DNA from: Eledone cirrhosa
Taxonomy: Eukaryota
Direction of reading: 5' to 3'
NCBI GenBank assembly: GCA_964016885.1
Contig: OZ024746.1
Location: 54,932,001-54,996,000 of the forward strand
Length of the DNA stretch: 64,000 nt
Part shown: positions 33,160-49,849 of the stretch, piece after piece
Layout of the letters: each line of letters starts with the position of its first letter
How positions within the stretch are numbered: the first letter of the stretch is position 1
Position numbers and translations under genes: made by a program
The notes under the pieces: generated by a model
What the model was told of the DNA's origin: nothing
The model's database searches: none
The model's input: only the letters and a program-made list of their open reading frames with translations

Positions 33160-35709
33160 GGAGTGACGTATCGTTTTTTATTTCGTTTTAGAATGCTTTA
33201 TATAGATTTTGTTAAACCATGTTTTAATCTTTCCTTAAGGTAGTAGTAGCGTTTTAGTGTGTAGTTTATGCTATTTATGCTACTTTAAATTACTTTATTC
33301 TGTATTGTGTCATTTATCATTATCATTTTAATCAAGAATGTTCCGCACGACAGCTTAGTCTAAGAACATTGCTATTTTGCTTGTCTAACTTTAAGTGCCT
33401 TCGTGATTTTTTTTTCAAAAATGTATTTATGTTTAAATTTCCCGTCTTTTTTCTCAATTTCTTAGTTTCTCTCTCTCTCGGCTTATTTAAAGAACACATT
33501 AAAAAATAAAAGTCAAACACAGACACCTCGAGAAGTAATTGAACGAATAAATCTTGAGTTGACATCTCTCACTTAGATTTCTAATTGCAGCAGTGCGATT
33601 TACAAGTGCGTGGAATCTACGTGGTCGATTTATATGCTAGAAATACAAATAGAAAAAAATGACTGTAGATTTATAAAGGAAAGGTGGTGTTCCTGTGAAC
33701 GAAATAATGATACTGTTTCTGCATTTGTCTACCGATTGCCGCTAACATATGTTGGTCGCAACTCCTGGTAGAAGCATTATCCGTTTTCTTCTGAAAGGAG
33801 AGCGTATTTAAAATCAGAACGAGTAGAGTGAGAAGATATAGTGTAAGTAATCCCTTTCTACTGTTTAGTAATCGATCCCTGCAATGATTTTGGATGAATC
33901 ATCGAATTAAATACCTCGATATTTGTTCCAACGTTTTGCATTCTCAATTCAAATCCCCGCCTCCCCCGTGACATCTTTGCCTATCTTGGTAAAGAAAATG
34001 AAAATTACCACAAGAAGTCTACTATTATGTACGAATAGAATATATGTTCACGGCTAGAACACTTTTGATCACAGTGCTCTTCAATAAGGAGTTAGCTGTT
34101 GCTCAGCAATAATAATCCAAAAGTTATAAGAGTATGTTTTAGCCTCTATCTGAAAGCACAACTGGTTAGAAATCGCCACGCCCAGTTAACATCATATATG
34201 AGGATTGACATAGTATTTAATTATAGGATGATTGACAATTAATATCGGTAACTCACAATTTCAATATATGTATATATGATTTCAAAAAATGTTTGTTTCA
34301 CAAAAGTACAAGTTTTTACAATCATATTTCGGTGAGTCAACGTAAGTAAGCATGAGATGATATATAAATATATAATAAATATGAAAGACATCCATTCAGC
34401 GATTGTACATCGATACTGAAGTGACTGTAACATGATCACAGTATAATATATTCACAACATGTATATGGATGTTTATAATGCATGAATATATATTACATGG
34501 GCCTATAATCTCCGTTATTAAATGCGGTACTGTAGTCCTACAGACCGTTAAAACGACGCAATGTTTATTGCTGGAAGGCATTTGATCATAGGTTTACTTG
34601 GTTAGTGTTATATATGAATCTAAGTAACATCGACATCGACGTGCAGCGCCAAATAAACAGCAATAACAACAAGAGCTATGCTTATGATTAAATTGTTAAA
34701 ATTTCTAGTCTGTTCGAAGCCAGGTAGATCGTCAAACCGGAGCTTATCTCGGTTTCATTCATGTTAAGCGACCCAAATTATGAAACAAGACACTAGTCCA
34801 AAACAATGTTAATTAACAACTGCTGCTGCTCATAATTATTTCCAGCTGATTTGACTCGTGCAACACCAATTATTAATATTACGATTATATACCCAATATT
34901 AAAAATGTTGGGGTACGTGTGTATGGGTGTAGTATTTTCTTTCTGATATCAACAAATCTGTAAAGATAGAAACTGACCCAAGATGCCATACAGTACGCCT
35001 GAATCTGAAAAGAAGCAGTTACTGAGCAAACTCATTTATTACAAAGCCATACCTGTATTTATGTTTGGAAAAGGAGAAATGAAATATTTTTGAGCCAGGA
35101 AACATCTACTAAAATAGCAAAATTATTTATTTTTATATTTGTGTATGTGTGGGTGTCTCTGTGTGAGTGCAGTTTGGTATGTGTCTGTTTATGTGTCTGT
35201 TTTTTTGGTGTGTGTGTGTATGTGTGTGTGTGATTCGTTGTGATACAAACAAATCAGGAATGATAGAAACCAGCGGAGATTTGCCCGAGTAGAATATCAT
35301 TAGTCGTATAGATTTTAGAATGCAATAAGTGATTTATCACATGCCTGGTCGCTAAATACATCAATAGTTTTCAAAGTGTAAATCTATAATACCGTAGAAA
35401 TCCAATTCAGACACAACGCTTTTGTTGCAGATAGTCTAAATTAGAAACAGCAAGATGAAATAATAATAATAATAATAATAATAATAAACTAAAGAATTAA
35501 ACAATAAAAATTGTAACGAAATAAAATAGAATATAGAAATATAGCAAAACGTAAAATTGTGAATTAAGAGAATTATATATAAAATATAATAATATATATG
35601 TAAATATATACAATATAGACAAAAACATGAAACGCAAAATAGTGAAATAAAATAAATCACACACACAAGCATATATGCATATATATATGTATATATATCA
35701 ATATAAATG

Positions 35710-35761
<52 letters not shown>

Positions 35762-35951
35762 TATCTATGTGTGTATGAATATGTACATATATATATTTAT
35801 ATATGTATATATGATATATATATATAAACATATGTATATATATATATATATATGTATGTATATATATATATATATGTATGTATATATATATGTATATCTA
35901 TGCATATATATGTATATGTAATTCTGTGTGTATATATGTATGTATATCTGT

Positions 35952-36232
35952 GAAGGCGCATGGCTCATAGTGGTTAGAGCATTAGGCTTGCAATCGAAAG
36001 GTTGAATTCAATTCTCGGACCGGGTGATGTGTTGTTTCCTTGAGCAAGACACTTTATTTCACGTTACTCCAGTTTACTCAGCTGAAAATTAGTACCAGCA
36101 ATAGCTGGAGGTTTAACCCTGCGATGGACTGGAGTTCTGTCCAGGTGGGAGTCGTGTCCTCTCAGTCGCTTTACGCCATGAAACCAGATACAAATGAGCC
36201 TTTTGGCTTAAGACAGACTTTATACTTTTTAG
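35952..36232 (+). mobile_element. tRNA-derived SINE
   Basis: GAAGGCGCATGGCTCATAGTGG head, TCCTTGAGCAAGACACTT and CCCTGCGATGGACTGG. Confidence 0.7.
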
Positions 36233-36244
36233 ATGTATATCTAA

Positions 36245-36342
<98 letters not shown>

Positions 36343-36439
36343 TTGTATATATATATATATATATATATACATATTTGTATATATATATATATATATATCA
36401 ACCCGGAATAACGTATATATATATATATATATATATTTG

Positions 36440-36470
<31 letters not shown>

Positions 36471-36471
36471 G

Positions 36472-36504
<33 letters not shown>

Positions 36505-36505
36505 T

Positions 36506-36588
<83 letters not shown>

Positions 36589-36589
36589 A

Positions 36590-36795
36590 TACGTAGGTCC
36601 CGGGTTGAGTCGGGGATAACCACAGTAAGTAAGGTACTCAATACATGGCAGAGTAAATTTTTTTTATTTTATAGAAGGAGCTTCTACAGGACTAGTACTG
36701 TTTCATTCAGATGAAATCTTCAGGAAGCCCTGAAGATTTCTCGATTTCATCTGAATGAAACAGTACTAGTCCTGTAGAAGCTCCTTCTATAAAAT
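36590..36795. mobile_element. Palindromic family E fragment with a complete minus-strand HHR at 36680-36728
   Basis: Minus strand: gcttc-CTGAAGA-tttcatctgaat-GAAACAG..CTGTA-gaagc. Confidence 0.8.
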
Positions 36796-36801
36796 ATATA
36801 T

Positions 36802-36855
<54 letters not shown>

Positions 36856-37032
36856 TTGTATATATATGTATATGTATACATATTTGTATATATATGTATA
36901 TGTATACATATTTGTATATATATGTATATGTATACATATTCGTATATATATGCATATGTATTTTATATATATATATGTATGTATGTATGTATATATGTAT
37001 GTATATATGTATATATATATATATGTATGTAT

Positions 37033-38025
37033 CAAAAAAGAGAAATAGGACGAAGGTAAACAGTTACAAAAGGATTTAATCCACGTATTTACAATTGTTT
37101 CATCAGAATTTCAGTCCATTATTGCTACACTATGTAATAATAGGCAATCAAGAAAGATGCTGTGGCCACCGAATTTTCAAAATACAAAGTTGAAATGACC
37201 GTAGGAAATGAAATAAGGGGTAGTAGTGTAAGATAGAGGAACAGAGAGAGAGAGGGGCAAAAGAGAGGGAGAGAGAGAGAGAAAAGGGACGGAGGTAGGA
37301 AGAGAAAGAGATAGGGTGGTGTGAGAGGATTTGTATAGAATATAGTTAAGTTACAAGAAGGGAGGGGGAGGAAGGTTGTGTGCTAAAAGTTGTTATGAGT
37401 AGAGGGAGAGAGAAGGAAGATAGAATTTTAAGTGGCAGTTGGTAGTGGACAGGCGAAAGTTTTACCAGAGAATAGATGAAGGAAGAAAGTATTAAATTTC
37501 ATATATAGTCTATTTTTAGGAGTGTAGAATTGTTATTTAGGGTAGAAAATGAAGAGAGGTAGTGTTAAGATTTAGTTGAAGGTTTGAAGTGTGAGAACTT
37601 CGCTTTTAGTTTATGCTGGCAAAAGATTGACCTTTCAATTTTGTTGTTGAGTAGTTGGTAGCCTGAGCTTAGAAATTGTAATTGCCACCTTCCAGAGACT
37701 TGTCCATTGAATAACGAATGTTTGCATTCAAATGAGTCGGACAACCAAACCTGGCACTACATAGGCAGCACTGCAAACACCTTCAAAACTCGTTGGTACA
37801 CGCATCGTTACGCAATAAAGCACCCCCAACACCGTTACGTAACGACCCTCGCCGACAAAATTTGGCACTTAAAAGGGAGTAACCGACAATACACACTTAA
37901 ATGGACCAAACTCTCACGTGCTCCTCCATACCGGAGTGGGATGAAAACGTGCCCGTTGTGTAATAATGAGCTCTTCCATATCCTAAGCTCAGGCCACCAA
38001 CTACTCAACAACAAAATTGAAAGTC
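37033..38025. mobile_element. Head-to-head fragments of a family-B-related PLE: minus 3' region 37033-37673 and plus endonuclease 37675-38025
   Basis: Plus strand CNCHLPETCPLNNECL..YIGSTANTFKTRW..LSSGHQLLNNKIE. The same C-terminus is inverted at 37620-37672. Decayed pLTR HHR at ~37085-37185. Confidence 0.8.
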
Positions 38026-41000
38026 AGATAAAAGTTTGTTAGGGGGTGGATTTCTTTTAGATTTGAAAACTTTGTTTAAGTCCGAGACATTTTCGTTTGT
38101 ATTAGATTTATCAAAGTGGAATGCTCGCCACCTGATTCTCCTTATAAAAGAGTCAGATTTATCTATTAATTGTTTTATAAAGTCTTTGTTTCTAGGTAGA
38201 TGTATGTCTTTTAGAGAGGAAGTAATCTTAAAGAATTCCATTTTTCCAGTTATAATATAAAGCGCTCAACAGTATTGGAGCAAGATACATGGAAAGTTAT
38301 ATTTAAAATTGTTGGGTTACAACTAGTAAATATTTATAACTGAAAGAGCTGAGGAAAAAGTACAAGGTAGCAGATAAGGCCGAACTTGAGAAAATGAATG
38401 TCGAAGCATCTTGTATAATGCACGAGTTGGAAATTGAGAACAGAACACAACCTTTCGTGCCCAGGAAACCGAAGATCAATATGAAAGATCACAAGAGGAA
38501 TTTTGAAAATGACCTGCCAGTTAGATTGATCGCACCATCAAAATCGGACCTGGGCAAATTAAGCAAAAACATTCTTGACAGGGTGATACAGCAAATTAAG
38601 AACTTGGATTGTTTATCTAACCTGAGCTTGTGGAAGGGAACTGGAGAGGTTGTTGAGTGGTTTAAGCAAATTAAATATAACAATAATAATAAGTTTATTC
38701 AACTTGATATAGCTAACTATTATTCTTCTATTACCCCTAATCTACTAAATAAGGCACTAAATTACGCATTCAAACATACTGACCTAACTAGCAATGAAAT
38801 GCATATTATATTATCGGCTAGGAAAACTTTGATAGTATTTAATGACAAACTATGGACCAGAGCAGATAGAGATAGCAATTTTGACATAACTATGGGATCA
38901 TCCGACTCAGCTCAGGTAACTGACCTTGTGGGCTTATTTTTAATCAATTTGTTACATAGGAAAATACCTGTTACTACCGGAGGTTTATATAGAGATGACA
39001 TGCTTTTACTTATTGATAATAATAACCCTGAACTAAATAGAAAATGTAAACAAATTACACAATTTTTTAATTACTTTAATCTTAAAATAGAAATTGAGAA
39101 CAACCATAGAATAGTCAATTTCCTAGATATAACATTAAATCTCAACACATGTCTTCACTATCCTTTTCACAAGTTGAATGAAAACTTAAACTATGTCAAC
39201 TTTAACTCTAACCCCCCCAGATCTGTCAAAAACACTATAGTAAACTCTGTTCAAAAACGTATCTCTAGGATCTCGTCGAATAGAAAGATTTTCGACGAAA
39301 AAGCCCAATACTATAATGAAGCATTAGCTAGAGCAGGATATGCTGATAAGATTGTGTACATAGATAATGATAGACAAACTAAACAAAGTAACAACTTTTT
39401 TAATTACGGCAACAACCTTAACAACTATAATAGAAAGCATTACAATAATTCCAAAGGCCAAAAAAGAAATAGAACTAGGAACATAATTTGGTTTGCCCCC
39501 CCTTTCTCACTAAACATTAAAACCCACATCGCTAAACTATTTTTCAAAGCTCTTGATAATCGCTTCCCTAGAACACAGAGGTATCACTCAATTTTCAATA
39601 GACATACAATAAAATTAACCTACTTATCCACCAAAAATTTAGCACAAAATATTAATAGAATAAATAATAGGAACTTAAAACCTAGTGATAATAGCATAAA
39701 TAATATACAAGTTAACAAATGTAACTGTAGAGATAGATCTAAATGTCCGTTAAATAACAACTGCTTAGTTAAAAATATAGTATACAATTGTAATGTTAAT
39801 ACTGACTCTAATTCTTTTAACTACGTCGGTTCCACATCGACGGAATTTAAACTTCGCTATAATAACCACAAGAATTCTTTCACAGATCCAAGCAAAAAAT
39901 CTTCAACGGCACTATCAGGCGTACTCTGGCAACTTAAGCTAGATAACGTTAGATATTCGACGGCTTGGAATATAGTCTCAAGAGGGATTCCTTTTAATTC
40001 ATCCTCTGAGACATGTGACCTCTGCGCAGAGGAGATATTCTTTATACTAAAATCTAAAAATTCCCTTAATCTACGGACAAATTTATTCAGTTGTTGCAAA
40101 CATAGATTAAACTCAACGTTTAAATATAAATTTAAATTTAAAATGTAGTATATTTAGTTTGATTTATATTTATATGGGAAACTAGCCGATAAATCTGTGA
40201 TTTCTTCTTTTTATTCTTTTTTATTTTTTATTTTTATTTTATTTTTATTTCAACATTCCTCATGAACAATTAAGTTACCCTAAAAGCTGATGCTCCAAAT
40301 ATTTCGAATAAACGTTACACTAGATAAACTTCTATATTAAATATGTAGACCAAATTGGGCATCCTAAACTTTTTGAAATGATCTTTGCTAGATGTGATTT
40401 GATAGATAATTCTTGGCTTTATCTGTTTTTCGACTCTGATGCTTATAATGAACTTGGCAATATATTGTCAATTAATTTTGAAGGGTTGATTTTTGTGGTT
40501 TATTTTTACTTTTTATTATTGTAGTATTTTCTAATATTTTTATTTTTAATATTTTTAATATGTAAATTTTTTAATATGTAATATTTTTAATATGTAATAT
40601 TCTTTCGTAATATTTTTTTAGTTTTCTATTTTATTATTACTTATTATTATTATTGTTATTTTTTAGTTTTGTTTCTGATATATATTTTTATTAGTATATT
40701 GAAATCTGCTCTCTATTTCTGCTTGATAGATAATCTTGTAGAGTAAAGACAGGAATAATAATACACATATATGTATACTCAAATTTTTATACCACATTGA
40801 GAATGTTTTCCGTTAACTTAGGGTTTGCAGAGTTGATCATGTAGATTCACATGGATGTTTGTAGCTATCACATAAACATATGAATTTTTTAAAAAACTAA
40901 ACATAAGATCATTAATTTTCACACACTATGGATACTTGTCTCATTCAGGAATACTGATATTTACAATATAGTGGATGTTTTATAAATGCTAATACCTCTA

Positions 41001-41590
41001 CATTAAAACATAGGGTTTTTACGCCTCGCATATATCTGGTTATTTTTAAATTTTTTCTCTCGCTATATTTTTTCTCTCACTATATTTTTTCTCTCTATAT
41101 ATATCTCCCTTACATTAATACTAGAGCTAAATAAATAAATAAATAAATAAATAAATGTATCATTGATACATTTACTCAACAGAACTCCCACTACCTAATT
41201 TTCTATATATATATGTATCTATCTCTATTTCCTCTCTCTCTCTATATATATATATCTTTCTGTTTCTTTACATGAAGTTCTTCTCTTTATCTATCTTTCC
41301 ATCTCTCTATTTTGTTCCATGCATTTCTTCTTTTTCTTCCTTTTCTTCGTTTTCTGTCTTTTTTTCTTTTTTCTCTCTTTCTCTCTCTCTGTGTACAATT
41401 TTTTCACTGCCAAATCAACCTCTTCAAATGCAAGTCGATGTTGTTACGGTATGTCGAATCTATTTATCTTTAAAACTGTTTATATTGTACTTTGTCTGAG
41501 GAAGGCATAGCATATTGTTAATATGATATCCCTGAAATATATATAATGAAATAAATATGGTTTTATAAATATAGTCTCCATTTATTTAAT
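38026..41590 (+). mobile_element. PLE family C (Hydra-clade-like) with inverted 5' segment and long AT-rich 3' region
   Basis: Inverted N-terminal piece 38026-38241 (SLKDIHLP..FIRRIRWRA), RT-EN ORF 38394-40148, and HHR-like CTGAGGA(41496-41502)..GAAA(41534-41537) near the 3' end. Confidence 0.85.
38394..40148 (+). CDS. PLE RT + GIY-YIG endonuclease, N-terminally truncated (584 aa)
   Basis: LDIANYY, ITMGS, YRDD, NFLDITL, CxCx5C linker CNCRDRSKC, IVY..YVGST. Confidence 0.9.
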   Translation: MNVEASCIMHELEIENRTQPFVPRKPKINMKDHKRNFENDLPVRLIAPSKSDLGKLSKNILDRVIQQIKNLDCLSNLSLWKGTGEVVEWFKQIKYNNNNKFIQLDIANYYSSITPNLLNKALNYAFKHTDLTSNEMHIILSARKTLIVFNDKLWTRADRDSNFDITMGSSDSAQVTDLVGLFLINLLHRKIPVTTGGLYRDDMLLLIDNNNPELNRKCKQITQFFNYFNLKIEIENNHRIVNFLDITLNLNTCLHYPFHKLNENLNYVNFNSNPPRSVKNTIVNSVQKRISRISSNRKIFDEKAQYYNEALARAGYADKIVYIDNDRQTKQSNNFFNYGNNLNNYNRKHYNNSKGQKRNRTRNIIWFAPPFSLNIKTHIAKLFFKALDNRFPRTQRYHSIFNRHTIKLTYLSTKNLAQNINRINNRNLKPSDNSINNIQVNKCNCRDRSKCPLNNNCLVKNIVYNCNVNTDSNSFNYVGSTSTEFKLRYNNHKNSFTDPSKKSSTALSGVLWQLKLDNVRYSTAWNIVSRGIPFNSSSETCDLCAEEIFFILKSKNSLNLRTNLFSCCKHRLNSTFKYKFKFKM

Positions 41591-42605
<1,015 letters not shown>

Positions 42606-42606
<1 letters not shown>

Positions 42607-44172
42607 TTTAATACAATAACAGAGATAGTTTATGCTAAACTCTGACAGGCAACCATCTCACTCAACAAACATTAGGTTATATTAAAATATAAACCCAATT
42701 TAAGTGTTTGGGATGCTAACAATATGTATATGGAAAAACCAGTTGTATTATTTCATGAGATATAATTAAAGTTAAAGTATATCTCTCTTTTCAAACAATT
42801 GTTTCATTATAAGTTTTCTACAAGTTTGGGAGAATGTTTCCAGTCTATGTAGAAGCCTAATATATATTCATGTAAAAATATATTTAGGTGGGCACTTATA
42901 AATCATCAGTGGAAGCCCATTAACCATTGATATAAGAAAACAATTTCTTACCGCTGTCAAAAACCATGTCCGCAAAGTAGCTCTCTCTCGCCTCGAATGA
43001 CCGCATCTCAGAACTCATATGGTCCTTGAAAGACAAAAATATTAAATATAGCATCTTTTGGAAGAAGGTTTCTTCTGCGTCTTTCATACTTGAACAGCTC
43101 TCTATCCAAAATTTGCAATCTCTGTCGAAATGAAAAGTTTACCATTATTTCTAATTTAGATTCTATAATAAATAGACGCACTGACTTGTTTTCTATTTGC
43201 TTGCAGAAATTCCATAAAACATTTCACAAAGTATACAGCTAATATTCAATTATTTATCAATTTAGAATCTTTTTCTCAAAGGCACATATATATATATATA
43301 TACACTTCTTTAAAAAATATACCCATCTTTCTACCTTATTTCAAAGGTTATTATACATTCTATAATACTTGTTACTCATTCTACATCGCTCCTATTTATC
43401 ACTTCCCTTTCTTCTCTTCTTCTTTTAATGTCTAACCCCTAATCTGTACCTTTTCTCACTCTTGCCTAACATAGAATCAATTATTACATAATACAATACA
43501 TTCTTACTCTATATCACCTTGTAAAAATCCTTCGTAAATATATACATTTTTTTGACGTTAGATTATTCATCCTCAATTCATTATTCTTTTCTCCCTTTCA
43601 TCTAACTCATTCATGCTCATCTCACAATATTTCCTTACTTAAATAAACTGTTGTTCCTTTTAATAATACATAGTAACATTTTCTCTTTCATCGCACATAT
43701 TATCAAACCCCTCAATATACAAAACTTAACTTTACATTATTTTTCTCTCTTCGTTAAATTTCAACTTCTTTTAATTTATACATTCTCTTCCAACGGTTTT
43801 CAACCTCTCTATGTAAAACAATGTATCTTTCTCAGTTATAAAAGCTATCTCTCTCACTCTATCACCCATCTCTCCTCCTATCTCATCCTTCCTATTATAC
43901 TCTTCCCTTTCCACTTTTTATCTCATCTACTCCTCTTTTTCATCCTTTCCAACACCCCCCCTCTAAATAAAATATTTTTCCCAATATCACACATCAATCT
44001 AAAACTACTTCTGATATGTTGATTTAAAACTGAACTATCCACAAGTGTTTTTAACCTTCATATCATGTCTTCCTGTTTTATCTGATGAAAACACAAATAT
44101 TATTGCATGATGATGTTTGTTTTTGAAATGCGCATAATAAAATACAATGAACTCTTTTAATCATCTTTTGTT
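42606..44172. mobile_element. Minus-strand pLTR (42606-42920) joined head-to-head to a decayed plus-strand PLE 3' end
   Basis: Minus HHR at 42788-42914 (ttcca-CTGATGA-97 nt-GAAACAATTGTT; homologue 47815-48143 on plus). Plus-strand remnant ELIWSLKDKNIKYSIFW..CNLCRNEK. Plus HHR at 44077-44141. Confidence 0.75.
44077..44141 (+). ncRNA. Type I HHR
   Basis: tttat-CTGATGA(44082-44088)-36-nt hairpin-GAAATGCGCATA(44125-44136)-ataaa. Confidence 0.8.
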
Positions 44173-44176
44173 CTTA

Positions 44177-46345
<2,169 letters not shown>

Positions 46346-46769
46346 TTGCGCGTGAGTGTGTGAGTGAGTATATTTTTTTGTGAATGTGTCTGTTGATTAT
46401 TGGCATATAGTTGATTAGTTTAAGAGAAGTTCGAAGATAATTGTAAGATATGCACTCAGTATTTTGAATCTGTCTACAGAAATCTCTAAACCTTTGTCAC
46501 TTAGTAGAACCTTAATGATTTTAGCTTTTAAAGAATCTCCCTTTTCTTTAATTCTATCGACCATGACTGACCACCCACTGATCTTATAGCTTAACAGAAA
46601 TTTAATTCTGTCTGCCCTTGTTACTCTAAAAAATAAACTATAGCTTTGTAGAATTAGCTTTTAATGAATCCCCTTTTCTATCAACAAATGACCTACACCC
46701 ATCCCACTCCCCACCCTCTCCTACCACTTGTAGAGACCTATAAATACCATTTTTATTTTTTGATACCCA

Positions 46770-47069
<300 letters not shown>

Positions 47070-47323
47070 TACGTAAAACAAGAAAATTATAAGATTAACT
47101 TACTAAAATATCACTTCCAACTAATTAGTTTCTGGAATGGAATAAATATATTTTCCGAAGAAAACATTGAGAATCATTCCGTCGTCGGGAAGACTATTAT
47201 CATCTAAGTATCCAGGCAAAGCGTGGACTTTGGACCACAAAGTTACTAAGACAAAACCTATATATTTGCTAGCATTGATATGCATCTGTATGTATATATA
47301 TGTTACTAGATTTTAATTCTTTA

Positions 47324-47378
<55 letters not shown>

Positions 47379-47379
47379 G

Positions 47380-47500
<121 letters not shown>

Positions 47501-48140
47501 TATATATATATACATTAGCCTAAGAAAATATCTATATGCGTGTGTAATTTATACACGCATCTATTTATTTTTTTAATTTCAATTGAGTTCTTAACACGTT
47601 GGATTCATAATGTTTTCAAAAAAACAGATTAAACCGCGTGTATATTACTTTTTTTTCTCCTTTCGTGGATTGTAGTTGTCTCCCCTTCCCGCTTAGTGAC
47701 GCTATAATACTTACACAGTCAAAATAAGCTGGAATTTCAAATTTGCCGGTCATTCGATGCGGGAAGGAGCTACTTAACAGACACGATTTTTAACTGTGGT
47801 AAGAATGTTTTTCTTACATCAAAGTTTAATGGGCTTCCACTGATAATTTATAAACGCCCACCTAAATATATTCTTACATGAATGTATATTAGGCTTCTAC
47901 ATGAACTGGAAATATTCTCCGAATTTGTAGAAAACTTATAATAAAACAATTGTTTGGAAAGAGAGATGTATTTTAACTTTAATTATATCTCATAAAATAA
48001 TACAACTGGCTTTTCCACATAACACATATTGTTGGCACCCCAAACACTTAAATTGGGTTTGTATTAAAATATAACCTAATGTTTGTTGAGTGAGATGGTT
48101 ACCAGTCAGAGATTAGCTTTAAACTATCGCTGTTATTGTA

Positions 48141-48252
<112 letters not shown>

Positions 48253-48276
48253 TGTATATATATATATATATGTATA

Positions 48277-48321
<45 letters not shown>

Positions 48322-48411
48322 GTGGGAAAGTAAAAATCGGAGAATAGACCGTTAAAACATGTTTATTTAAAATACCACCTACGTACGTTTCGCCCAGTTG
48401 GGCTTCTCATA

Positions 48412-48499
<88 letters not shown>

Positions 48500-48503
<4 letters not shown>

Positions 48504-49327
48504 AAGATAGACATAGAATATTCGAAAATATTCTGTATGTTTATAATGTAGGTTACTTCCCTTGCTTTTATCGAGAATCTAATTGTAATACGTGACGTAT
48601 TCTATTCTATAGCGATTAGGTCTTCAAAATGTTTATTATAAACATACAGAATATTTTCGAATATTCTATGTCTATCTTCACATATATATCGCTATTTCAG
48701 AGCATTTAATCCAATTTCTAATTTCTGCCGGACCGGCAACCGCTCTTTCAAACCAGTTCCTGTACACAGCTAACTATTCTATAAGACTCTAGCTGTGTCA
48801 TTCTCGATAAAAGCACTGGATATGTAATCCTGAAGATTTCTAATAAGAATGAAACGCGTAGGTTACTTCCCTTGCTTTTATCGAGAATCTAATTGTAATA
48901 CGTGACGTATTCTATTCTATAGCGATTAGGTCTTCAAAATGTTTATTATAAACATACAGAATATTTTCGAATATTCTATGTCTATCTTCACATATATATC
49001 GCTATTTCAGAGCATTTAATCCAATTTCTAATTTCTGCCTGACCGGCAACCGCTCTTTCAAACCAGTTCCTGTACACAGCTAACTATTCTATAAGTCTCT
49101 AGCTGTGTCATTCTCGATAAAAGCACTGGATATGTAATCCTGAAGATTTCTAATAAGAATGAAACGCGTAGGTTACTTCCCTTGCTTTTATCGAGAATCT
49201 AATTGTAATACGTGACGTATTCTATTCTATAGCGATTAGGTCTTCAAAATGTTTATTATAAACATACAGAATATTTTCGAATATTCTATGTCTATCTTCA
49301 CATATATATCGCTATTTCAGAGCATTT

Positions 49328-49335
<8 letters not shown>
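48500..49335 (+). repeat. Second locus of the 310-bp retrozyme-like unit (variant): short antisense arm plus ~2.5 sense units
   Basis: Antisense arm 48500-48547, sense from 48548. HHR gtaatc-CTGAAGA(48830, 49140)..GAAACGCGTA-ggttac. Confidence 0.92.
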
Positions 49336-49403
<68 letters not shown>

Positions 49404-49416
49404 GTATATATATATG

Positions 49417-49453
<37 letters not shown>

Positions 49454-49474
49454 GTGTATATATATATATGTATG

Positions 49475-49508
<34 letters not shown>

Positions 49509-49539
49509 TATGTATGTATATATATATATGTATGTATAT

Positions 49540-49572
<33 letters not shown>

Positions 49573-49663
49573 GTACATATATATATGTATATATATGTGT
49601 ATATATATATATGTATATATATATATATGTATATATATATATGTATATATATATATACATATA

Positions 49664-49695
<32 letters not shown>

Positions 49696-49739
49696 AATAT
49701 ACATATATATATATATGTATGTATATATATATATGTATG

Positions 49740-49770
<31 letters not shown>

Positions 49771-49793
49771 GTATGTATATATATATATATATG

Positions 49794-49842
<49 letters not shown>

Positions 49843-49849
<7 letters not shown>

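Noticed and set aside
32950-35450. Possible host exons in the repeat-poor stretch (also 23570-24100)
   Set aside because: No convincing ORF, splice pattern or recognisable protein; cannot be supported without RNA-seq or a homology search.
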